Source: Stramenopiles sp. TOSAG23-6 | Lineage: Eukaryota | Direction: 5' to 3' | Assembly: GCA_900128565.1 (NCBI GenBank) | Contig: LT635944.1 | Span: 1-35,463, forward strand | Length of the DNA stretch: 35,463 nt | In this document: in pieces, positions 1 through 12,900 of the stretch | How positions within the stretch are numbered: position 1 is the first letter of the stretch | Layout: the number at the start of each line of letters is the position of its first letter | Notes under the pieces: generated by a model | What the model was told of the DNA's origin: nothing | Databases searched by the model: none | Seen by the model: only the letters and a program-made list of their open reading frames with translations | Program-made: the position numbers and the translations under genes

Positions 1-910
1 GAATCTCCAGCCGACGAACCACTTGTAATCAATAAAGATCCACTCGCGCCATTTTCTGAATTTGCTGTCTTAAAAGAAGCTTTGCCACTCTCAAATCTAC
101 CTACACCACTCGACATACTTAAATCGCCACCACGAGATTTTTCACCTGCACTATCTCCAGCGGCAATAGCAATCAATCCACCATTACTGGAGCTGCTTGA
201 TCCACCTGATAAAAGTATGTCACCACCAAATCCAATCGAAGATGACCCACTTTTTAATGTAACTGTTCCAGTAGAACCCACGGATGAAGTTCCACTGCCA
301 AGGTTAAGAGATCCACTCACACCTGTACTGGAATTTCCAGTAGTAATATCTATTGAACCACTAGAATCCGCAGAACCAGTACCAATGCGAACTTCTCCAC
401 TTGATTTTGCTCCATCTCCTGAAGATATTGACACATCGCCACCATTAAACCCCTCTGCAAGTGCCGTGCCACCTGAAATATTTAAATGTCCACCATCAGA
501 AGATGTACTAGCCCCAACCGCAATCGATATATTCCCGGGTTTACGTGCGTCTCCCGTAGCAATGGAAATTTCACCGGAATTTCCGCTAGCTGCAGAACCA
601 GTAAAAAGTGAGATAGATCCACTTTCAGAATCTTTTTTTGTGATACTAGATGAAGCAACAATTACTGATCCACTTGAATGAGTACCTTCACCACTCAACA
701 CACCGACACTTCCTCCTGTTGATTCTGAAGATTTTGTGCTACCAGCAGAAATACTAATAGATCCTCCAGAACCATTTTTAGTATTTCCGACAGCAATAGA
801 AATCCCTCCTGCAGTACTACCCGAACTGCTACCAGATGCAATGGTCACATTTCCAGAATCTCCAGCCGACGAACCACTTGTAANCAATAAAGATCCACTC
901 GCGCCATTTT
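1..910. repeat. Near-exact ~55 bp direct repeat (1-55 and 856-910), 855 bp apart, inside the giant CDS
   Basis: gaatctccagccgacgaaccacttgtaa(t/n)caataaagatccactcgcgccatttt at both places. Confidence 0.9.
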
Positions 911-3900
911 TTGTATCTGAGGATAAAAATGAAATACCCCCACTTGCAACATCACCATCACCTGATTTAAAAAACAATGAACCACCTATTAAATCTTCGG
1001 ATATACCTGCAGCAAGCAAAATATCTCCACCCTTGCCAAATTTAGATTCTCCAACATCAAAATGGATTGTACCAGCAGATTTACCATCGCCAGTTGAAAC
1101 TGTGACATTTCCGGACTGGCCATTTTTTGAATCACCACTATGCAAACTAAGAGCACCGCTTGTATCAGTGGAATTGGAACTGCTCAAAATGATGGTACCA
1201 CTTTTTTTACTCCCGTAACCAGACAACATTTGAATATCGCCGCCTTCACCATCCGCGGCTAAGCTCCCTCCGGCAGTGAGAAATACATTACCACCACTGT
1301 ATGATCCCATTCCACCAGCAATTGCAATATCTCCTGCTGAACTCTCCTTAGATACCCCTGAAGAAATTAGTATACCACCCGATTCATTTTCAGCATTACC
1401 AGTCGACATCGTAATAATTCCGCTAGCATCAGCGTTATTTTCTGATGATAGTGTCTTGTGAGTTTGAACTACGATGTTTCCACTGGCATCAACACCTTTT
1501 CCACTACTCAGTGACAGAGAACCACCGTGCGATTTCCTGGAAGTGCTCTCGCCGGCTGCTAAAGTAATATTCCCACCTTTGCCTTTGTCACCCGAACCAA
1601 CTGACATAATCACATTTCCTCCTGTCCCCCCTTTTGCTGATCCACTTTTAATTGATACTATTCCACTCGAAGCATTGTTTGCATCACCACTTGCAATATT
1701 CACAGCACCGCTACTTCCATTTTTTGACGAACCACTACTGACAGAAATTGACCCAGACGAGGCCTTTGTAGACTTGGACATTGGGGTAGAGATGTAAATA
1801 TCACCACTTGAGTTACTTTCACTACTACCAGATCTGACAAATACGTTTCCGCCTCGTCCAGTGAAAGATTTACCACCAGAGATGGAAAAACTACCACCGG
1901 TGCCAGATGAGCTATTTCCAACTTCAATGGACACATGACCTGCTGTAGCTGCATCCCCGGAACTAATTTGAACGTTCCCTGAAACTCCATGGGTCACAGC
2001 GCCAGATGAAAAAGTAAGATCACCTGACTTTCCATATTGATGAAGGTCGCCGCTAGCGACTTCTACAGATCCGCTAGATGACTGACCTTGACCACTTAAT
2101 AAATGAATACCACCACCAATTCCATCTTTAGCCGTTGTAGATCCACCTGCGAGACGAACAAGTCCTCCATTTCCAGTTCCACTTTTCCCCGAAGACACAA
2201 GAATTGCCCCGCTATTTCCACGAACAGCATCACCAGATCGAACGGATACAGTCCCAGAATTGCCAGCGTCTGAGGCCCCAGTAGATATAACTGTTGATCC
2301 ACTATTACCTTCGGCAGACATACCAGTGGTGACAACAGAGTTTCCACTTTCGCCTTTATGTATACTCTTTCCACTTGTTATGCGTATCGATCCGCCAACA
2401 CCACCATCTTCGCGAGTTTCACCACCAACGATTGCAACAGAGCCTCCAGCACCAGTAGTTCCAGATCCAGCAGCAACAGCGATAGAACCACCAGCCCCTC
2501 CTTCAGCATTTCCGGTTCGAAGTGACAGTCCCCCACTTGATGAACTTTCGGAGTCACCACTCTTCAAGAAAATATCACCACTGGGGTCTAATTCACTTGA
2601 CCCTGATGCAACAACTATGCTGCCACTTACACCGACACCTTCAGTATCGGCGGTTGATAATATGACATCGCCAGAGGACGTACCTGTACTACTTCCTGAA
2701 CGCAACACCACACGACCACCGCTAGAGGAAACTGAAGAGCCAGCAACAAGTAAAGCATCCGTTGCTGTCAATTTCAACGATGCAGACGGTACCCCCGAAT
2801 TTGTAGAACCTACACCGACCAATACGTCGCCAACAACATGGTTTTGAGTATCACCAGAACCAATATATACAGAACCAGAAGTTGTAGATTGTGTATCACC
2901 TGAACGAAGAAGAAGTTTTCCACTTGTACCGTGACCTCGGTTGACACTTGCGGTCTCAATTGCAATTTCTCCACTCGGGCCATTTTCACTCACACCACTT
3001 TGCACTGTAATAGATCCACCAACGCTTGACGATGTTTCACCTGCCGAAAAAGATATACTTCCGCCCAATCCTTCACCGCTAGCACCTCCAATAAAATTCG
3101 TAGATCCTGCATTGCCTTCTGATGCATCTCCACTGCCTAGTGTAATATCTCCGCTGTCACTATTTTCTGAATGACCACTTTTTATAAAAATGCGCCCTGT
3201 TGCGCCACCCTCGCTTGAATCCCCAGTGCCGATTTCCAGTGCACCACTGTCACCACGGTCAGTAGCTGCAGACTTAACTGTAACATAACCACTTCTGCTT
3301 GCACCTCCACCGGAATGAAGTGTAACTGCGCCACCAACATGTCCACCAGACCCAGCGTGTATCTGAACATCACTGCCAGAAATTTCCTCACTATCGCCGC
3401 TTTGAAGATAAACAGATCCAGCGGAAACTGAATCACCGGAAGATATTGAAACCTTACCGGAACTCTGTTCGCTATCCCCAGTTGAGAGGGATAAGGAGCC
3501 ACTATTCAGAGATGACTTTGCAGTAGCAATTTCAGTGTCTCCGCTAATTCCCCCGACACTGCCCCCGGACAGAAGCTCAACATGACCACCGCTTACACCC
3601 CCCTCTCCAGCTTGAATCTTCACACTACCGCCATCTTTGCCAGCCGATCCTGCTACAAAAACCATATTTCCTGAATTTCCATTATCTGAATTACCAGTGA
3701 CAAATGTGATGTCGCCACTATTGCCAGTTTTCCCTTCGGAAGATTTGAATTGAATATCCCCACTTGATGCAGTTGAACTAGAACCGCTTTCTAATAATAC
3801 TAATCCGCCGATACCAGAACCCTTCGTGGCACCTGCTCGCATTACGATGTCACCACCATCCTCCTTTTCACTTGAACCAATGTTTACATTAATTGAACCT

Positions 3901-6900
3901 GCTTGGGAGTTCTTTGAGTGCCCAGTAGCAATCGAGATTGAACCAGACTCGTCACCAACGCCTGCTCCAGTACGTATTTGAATTCGACCAGAGCGTCCTT
4001 TTGAATTTCCGCCCATATACGATCCTGCATCAGCTGTGTTGATAGTAACGCCTCCACTTTCATCTGGCGTATTGGCACCAATTGTAAGACGACTTTGCTG
4101 CTCCTGAATAGCTGATAATAGATCTACACTAAGCTTTATTTTATTCACTTCGAAGAACTTTTCTCGATGAAAACCTTTATCTGGCAATGTAAAATTATCT
4201 GTGATATGAATATATTCAGGAAATATTTCATATACTTGCTGCGCAATAAAACCCCGCACGGGTCTGCCGACACCAACATCATCTGGCTTCAGATTCCGTA
4301 CTTTAGCCCAATCTTCAGTGTACCTATACTGCTTCATTTCAATCTGATTCAGTCGTTGTAAAACATCATTGTTATCCGAGTCCTCAATATCACGTTTAAT
4401 ACGCTTATCAGACGGTTGTAAAATAGTTGATGCCTGAACGGGAACATGGGCCAAAACTTTATCTTTCCACACGCGAAATACAGACGTACCTTCATCACCA
4501 CCCGAAGCAAGCTCGTGTTTAATAACAAATTCAGCGTCTTTATCTTTTAGATTAACAATAGCATCGAACCCTGTGTCAATTGTAATATCTTGTCCAGTGG
4601 CAGATGAAGCGTCAATAGCACCATCTGGGTTAATCGCAACTCGGGATGTCCCCGATGCATCCTTTAGAAGCACGCTACCACCTGAATACTTATCTGTTCC
4701 GCCACCAGGTTGAAGAATGACTGAGCCTCCTGCAGATGCGACTGAATTGCCTGCTTTCAGGTTGAGAGAACCGGCAACAGTTTTTGCATCACCGGTGGAT
4801 ACTTTCAAATCTCCAGAACGACCGCCAAGTGAATCGACAGTCTTAATTGTAATGTCCCCACTTGCTTTTGTTCCGATGCCACTAGCAATGTTGATACCAC
4901 CTCCAACTTTATCTTCTGCTGAAGTTTTACCCCCACTGATCTCAACCGTTTTACCATCGCCTTGTCCGGATTCTCCTACAATAATACTTATGGAACCTCC
5001 ACCAGCAGAGTTCGATGTCCCCGTTCCGACCAAAATATCACCCGACGATCCTTCTTTTGTGCCACCTGTTATTAGTTGGATATCTCCGCTATTTCCTATA
5101 TCTGTCGCTGCTGAAGCTATTTTTAAAAAGCCACTTCTAGCCATACCAGTACCAGTAGATATTTCGACACTTCCCCCTAAACTATCAGCTGCAGTTGTTG
5201 ACCCACTAGAAATTTTCACACTTCCACCATCAGCAGCATCACCAGAACCAACATTCATTGATATACCCCCACCTTCTCCACCGACAGCAGAGCCTGTAGA
5301 TATATTCACATTGCCTGAATTTCCTGTAGACGCTTTGCCTGTACCAATTGATATAGCACCACTGAGTGTACTATCAGCAGATATAATACTTATTACTCCG
5401 CTCGACTTACCCCCGCGACCACTTATCATGTCAATTTTTCCACCGTTAGCGGCACCAGATCCTGCAACGACAGATATTTCCGCACCATTACCCGTACCAC
5501 TGGAGCCAGCAGTTAAACTCACAGCGCCACCTGAACCTCCAGTACCTGATCCCGCTTTGAGTTTGATTGATCCAGATGCCCCCTCGCCTGTGTTAATAGT
5601 ACCAGTAGAAATGCTCAAATCACCACTATTTCCAATTGTTGCAGCATCTCCGGTGTTAACACTGATTGAACCGGATGTACCAGTTGAACCACTCCCAGTT
5701 TTAAGTGAAATTTTCCCACTCGTTGCTGAGTCTGGTGTTGCTAAATCAATTGATCCACTACTTACCCCACCCGAGCCACTTGAGAGGGAAACTAATCCAC
5801 CATCACCAATCTCTGCAATGGTGGTTTTACCCGCCGACATTACTATTTTACCACCAGGGCCCGTATTTCCAGTACCCACTGTAATTTCAATATTCCCACT
5901 AGCGCCACCTAATGATGCACCTGTGGAGATACTTACAGATCCCGTGGAACCTGTGGAAGAAGTTCCTGTATTTAACTTGATTCCACCAGTTAGAACAGAA
6001 TCAGCAGTTTTAACAACAATTGATCCACTTTTTGCACTTGTAGTACTCAGAGAAGATGCAGAACCCGAATTAATAATAATTTTACCCCCATTAACTTGAT
6101 CTGATTTGGTCGACCCAGCAATAATATTGATAGAGCCACCTTTTGCGACACTACTTTTTCCCACACCGATTTCAATGCCACCCGCTGACCCAAGAACAGC
6201 AGCACCAGTCAATAGAGAAATACTGCCAGTATTTCCAAGTGTTGAAGAACCTGTAGATAATTTGATTTGTCCACTTATTGTACCTGGAGATGTATCAATC
6301 TTAATATTTCCAGATGATTTTGCGATTTCATTTGTTGCAACACTGCCACTAGAAAGTGCAATATCGCCACCTAAACCAGATTTCGAAACACCCGATTTAA
6401 TTTTAACCTGTCCACCATTAACGGTATCACCAGATCCTACAACAATACTTATCCCGCCTCCTGTTCCCCCTTTAGACGTTCCAGTTTGAAATTGAATTCC
6501 GCCCGAGTTACCATCTGCTGTATTTCCAGTGCCTATAGTAACTGCTCCACTAGTACCCGTATTTTTTGCATTTTCAGTTTTAAGACTGAAGTCACCAGTT
6601 TTTCCTTCTTCCCCTGTAGAACCACCAGTTACCATCCTGACCATACCCCCAGTCGCACTATCTGCAGTTGCATCCCCGCTGGAAATGACAAAGTCGCCAC
6701 CTTTAGCAGATTCTGACTCGCCAACATTTAATTTGATACTTCCACTAGGTCCAGTTTTTGATGAAGATGTGGTCACTGAGATTTCCCCAGAACTACCAGT
6801 GGAAGATGTTCCTGTTTTTACCAAAATTCCACCGCTGATTGATTCTTTACCTGAGTTTGGAGTTGAAATAACGATGTTACCGGATGATCCGTTTTCACTA

Positions 6901-9900
6901 AGCCCACTTATCAAATTGATTTTCCCACCGCTTTGAGTTTCTCCCAACGTTTTCCCTGCTATTATTTCAATGTTACCACCTTTACCGACACCATTACCTA
7001 CATTTAGAACTATGTCACCGCCTCGACCTGTAATAGCACGACCAGATGTCAAAGCTATACCACCAGATGTACTGGCATTTGATGTACCTGTTGCTAATAA
7101 TAAGGTGCCACTGACACCCGCTTCGCCAGAGTTAGCTGTCAGTAACCGTATATCCCCAGAAGAAGTTAAAGAACTGTATCCTGAGACAATGTCTACAATC
7201 CCTCCACTTTTAGAAGTTGCATCTGCAGTTGTATTACCCGCAGTGAAAAACAAATTGCCTGATGCACCTTCACTGCTACTTCCTACACGAAGAAAAATGT
7301 CACCGGCACTACCTCCAAGCGATTGACCAGTTTCAAAAGAAATTGACCCGCTATTTGCAACGGCAGCATTACCCGAAGAGACAACAATTGCCCCACTAGA
7401 CCCGGTAATACCACCGTCAGCAGTAGACACCCCAAACATTCCACTTGATGTGGAATCTCCTTTTCCTGTTACTAAAGAAATTTTTCCACCGGAACCCTTA
7501 CCTGTAACATTACCAGCCTCAACTGCAATGTCACCACCGGAAGCTGCTTTGTTTTCAGTAGAACCACTTGCAATCCTAATGTTACCTGCGCCTTTTTTGG
7601 CAGAGCCCGTCGACAAAATAAATGACCCAGATGCACCGGCGGAAGAGGTTCCTGTTCGAAGAGACATATTACCACTGGTACCTTCGGTTCCTGCGTTTGC
7701 TGTAAACATATCAATATCACCAGATGATGTTTTGCTGAAACCAGAGGTTATTAGAAGTTTCCCACCATCACCTTCAGATGGACTGACATCACCTGCTTTT
7801 AAAACAATATCCCCACCTGTTGCTTTTTCGCTTGCATCTGAAAGATCAGATGTCCCGACGTTGATAGAAATTGACCCCCCACCTCTACCTACAGAATTCC
7901 CTGTCTTTAATGAAATACCACCTGACTCCCCTGCCATACTAGCACCTGTGGAAAGGGCAAGTAGTCCTGACATTCCATTTGCTGCTTTCCCCGCTGATGC
8001 TGTACTTATATGAATTTTCCCTGAAGCTTTTGTAGCAGATGTGCCCGATGACACTATAACACTCCCTCCTGTGCTATCAGCTTTGGAATTAGTGGCTTCC
8101 CCAGCAGTAAATTTAATATTACCCCCAACACTCTTAGATGCCGACCCTACTGACAATTTAATGACACCACCGCTACCACCAGTACTGTCTCCGGTACTAA
8201 TACGAATTTCACCAGACCCACCGTTAGCTGACACACCAGTGGAAATACCAATACTACCAGATACCCCACTTACACCAGCCTTCGCAGTCCCAATATTAAT
8301 GTTTCCACTTGAAGTACCAACTGAAAACCCACTTTTAATGTCTACATTACCACCTGTACCAACTATCCCAGATGTTCCCAATACGTCACCAGCTTGAACA
8401 CCGACGTGTCCACCTTCTCCAACTGTTCCATCCCCAACTTTAATCTGTACATAGCCTGCTTGACCGACGGTTGCCGTTCCACTTTGTAATATTACATTTC
8501 CTGAGTTTCCATGATGAGTTGTTCCGGACGCCAAAAGTAAGGGCCCAGAGTGGCCCACTTTTCCAGAATTTGCAGTTGTGATCGAGACAGAACCTGATAT
8601 AGCATCCTCGCCGAGACCTTGACCCGAACGTATGCGAGTGGCCCCACCAACACCTCCAACAGAATGACCATGATGTGTTACACCAGCTTCAATTTTGATA
8701 GCACCACCAGCACCACCGTCACCTTCGCCCACCATAATTTTTATTCCCCCACCCGATCCACCTGTAGCTTTTCCAGTTTGTATTCGAATTTCCCCAGTCG
8801 TGCCAGATGAAGAGGTTCCAGTCGAAATAGCTACACCTCCACTGACACCAGAAATACCAGCATTACTGGTACCCAAGTTAAAATTTCCGCTAGACGTAGC
8901 AATCCCAGCTCCTGTCTTTATTTCTACCTTACCACCTGATCCTGTCGAAGCAGTTTCTAGCGCAGTTCCGGCATTGATATTGATATCTCCACCAACACCG
9001 GTGTCACTGGATCCTACTGACATTTGGATATTTCCGCTATTACCACCATTAGAAGTACCAGTTGAAATTTGGATTTCACCTGAAGAACCTGCTGTCGCAT
9101 CACCTGTCGAAAAGGCAATATTACCTGAAATGCCGCTTGTACCAGCATCCGCGGTTACAACAGAAATCTGACCCGAAGATGTTTGAGTTGAAGAACCACT
9201 CATAATAAATATTTTACCACCAGTTGAATCACTAACTGACGATACGTTTCCTGCCATCATATTAATTACCCCACCTATTCCATTACTGCTATCACCAACT
9301 TCGAGCCTTATGCCACCTGCGCGCCCTTTTTCGGAGTCTCCAGTTTTAAGGGATACAAAACCAGTGTTGCCATTTTCTTCCGATGCAGTACCACTTGATA
9401 TTTCTATAGCCCCACTAACACCATTTTTACCTGCGTTTGCTGAGGTGAGCAGTACACTTCCACTAGACTCTTCTTTGCTAATTCCAGTCTTCAAGAGTAT
9501 ACCCCCTCCATTGGCATTTGAAGAGTCGCCACCAGTTAATGAAACATGACCACCATCACCACCAACACCTTTACCGCTAACAAGACTAATTGATCCACCA
9601 GAACCTTTTGTAGCGGAACCAGTACGGATATCTAATTCACCCGAGTTTCCATCTGTAGCCGATCCAGTACTAACTGAAATTGCACCCGAAACTCCTGTAT
9701 TTCCAGCATCCGGAGTTGAAATATTGATATTACCACTCGAAGTTGCGGTTCCTTTACCAGATTGAATATTCACGGACCCACCACTTTCATCTGAGGAATC
9801 ACCAGCATTGACAGAAACTCGCCCACCGACGACGGTGTCTCCTTTACCCACTAAAATGTTGATTTTACCGCCGCGCCCCGATTCAGTATTTCCTGTTCTG

Positions 9901-12900
9901 ATGGATATTTCGCCTGAATCTCCTTTGGTTGCGACACCCGTAGAGAGCGCAATAGAACCACTAACACCTTGGCTGCCTGCATTTTCTGAAGCAAGAACAA
10001 TATTACCACTACTCGTAGTGCTACCAAACCCAGATTTGATAAAAATAGAGCCACCTGACCCTTTTGATTCTGCCCCAGCAGTAATAACAATTCGCCCACC
10101 TGAGTTATCATCAGGTAGTGATGAACTTTCACCAGCAACAACTTCAATATCACCAGCACTACTGCCTGACGCGGCACCACTCTTCAACAATATTGAACCA
10201 CTACTGCCAGTATTTGCTGCCCCTGTATGCACTGTAATACTACCCGACCCCGAGGAGACGCGAGTGGCAGTTGCAGTCTCCAGTAAAAGTTCTCCAGATG
10301 TTGACTTATCTCCGGTGACTTTTCCTGTGCTTACAGAAATAGCACCCCCACTACCTGACGCGGCTGAAGTGAGACCTGCTTTGAGTGTGATATGACCACC
10401 GTTTGCACTACTGCCTTCTCCTACGATAATATTTATAGCACCTGCTGCTCCAACAAATTCTGCTTTCCCTGTGGAAATATCCAAATTCCCAGAATTCCCG
10501 GCGGTTGCCAATCCAGTTTTGATGGATGCAGACCCAGTTGATCCGTCACTTATCGCATCTGATGTAGCAATCAAAAGTGTCCCGCTAGACCCCTTCAACG
10601 GACTAAGGGATTTTCCTGTTGTAATGGATACATCACCTCCAGTTTTGCCAGTTGATGTGGTATTGCCAGCCTCAATAAATATAGAGCCACCTACTCCAGA
10701 ATTCCCCTGCCCAACTTCAAGTTTAATATCACCTCCTGCTCCATTAATAGCATTGCCAGTCCGAACTACAATATCCCCTGAGCTACCAGAGCTTGATGTT
10801 CCAGTGCGTACGTCAATAAGCCCAGTATTTCCTTCTGTGCCACCCTTCGAAGTGGAAACGTAGAGGGAACCACTTGAAGTTTGTGCACTCATTCCTGTCT
10901 TGAGACTGACACTACCACCTCCGAAACCGTCAGATGTATCCCCTGCCTGCATATTTATTGATCCACCTTCGCCAACTGTTCCAGACCCTACTACCATTGA
11001 CAAACTACCACCTTGGCCACTTGTAGCAGCACCAGTGGAAATCGCAAGGTATCCACTATTTCCCGTATTAGAAGTACCCGAGGACACATATATATTTCCA
11101 GATTTCATAGTTGATTTGCTTGCATCTATATCATTACCCGTTCCAATAAATACACTACCCGAGGAACCAACTGAAGACAAACCTGTTATCAAAGAGATTT
11201 CCCCAGATGTCCCGTCACTTGTTGTTCCGGTCGATATCTCAATTTTCCCGCTGACACCTGATACTCCAGCATTCTGTGACATTATGTGAATATTACCACT
11301 TGAAGATAGAAGTGATTTCCCTGATTCAATATGAATTAAACCCCCAGTGGCTTGAGTGCTTTCGGCCGTTGTTTTACCAGCTATAAGCTCGATATTACCT
11401 CCGGTTCCAGTATCACCCTCTCCAACAGTTACCTCAATATCGCCAGCATTACCACCTGTTGCTGTACCTGTCCATATTTTGAGATCACCAGTATCACCGT
11501 CTGTTGTGTTGCCTGTGAAGACATTAACATTGCCACTATCTCCTGGTTCTGTCAATGAACTACTACCCAAGTCGAACCCATTTTTAGCTTCCATTGAAAC
11601 AAATGTACTACTCAATTCAATTGTGGCTTTATCGTCATAATTTGCTGTGAGATATATATCACCCGCGTCCAAGGCAACTGCACCGCGTCTGCCATTTGAC
11701 ACACCATCTTTTTCGAGTTTCGGTGCCCCCCCAGTTATCATAGTAATGTTTCCTGAGTTTCCTCTGGTCGATTTACCTGTATCAAGCGAAATTGCACCAC
11801 TTACTCCTTTAGAACCAGCCGAATCTGTCTGGAGAGCAATACGCCCAGATGATGTGAATTGACTATTACCCGAGGAAAATAAAATTGACCCACCTGTCGA
11901 CAAAGATCCTGCAATCGTGCCACCAGCCTCAATTGCAACATTGCCACCCTTACCAACTCCAGATTTTCCTACTTGAAGAGATATTGCGCCACCTTGACCC
12001 TGTGTAGATCCACCAGTCTGTAGCAAGATCAAACCTGATGAACCCGCTTCTGAATCCCCCGTTGATAATTTAATCATACCTGTTCGGCCAAAGCTTGCAG
12101 TGCCAGTTTCAAGAGTGACATTTCCTGAAATTCCTTCAATGCCAGCATTCATTGATCTGATATCGAGATGACCTGAGGAAGTCTCCTGAGAAAAACCTGT
12201 GGCGATATTAATATGACCACCGCGTTCATCAGAGGTATTACCAGCTAAAATTTTGATGGCGCCACCATTTCCACGGGCCCCACTTCCAACAAGGATGTCA
12301 ATACCACCTCCACTTCCTTTATCAGAATCTCCTGTTGCAAGAAGAATACTACCTGAAGTTCCACGACTGGCAGTTCCAGTCTTCACATAAATTTCACCCG
12401 ATACCCCATTTATCCCTGAATTTGATGTAAAAATTTCAATATTGCCCGATGACGTACGTTCACTATGCCCACTCTCTACGGAAATAGATCCACCTGAAAA
12501 TGAACCTGTAATGATATCACCTGCTCTCAGTCTTATATTCCCACCAACACCAGAATCTCCTATGCCAGATATAATATTAATATTACCGCCACTTCCTCCT
12601 ACGGCTTTTCCAGAAGCTACAGTAATCTGACCAGAGTTTCCACGCGTTGATTTACCACTTGAAATTTGAATAGCACCAGAGACACCAGAAACACCAGCAT
12701 CCACAGACGCAATATGAATCATACCGGATGATGTATGTTTGCCAAAACCACTTGACATCTTGATATGTCCCCCAGAACCACCTGAAAGTAAGGTTTGGGC
12801 CTCACCTGCCGTCATAATAATGTCACCCCCAGGCCCAGAATTCCCCATTCCAACCAGAACTTTAAAATCACCACCGCTACCTCCTGTTGAAGCACCAGTA

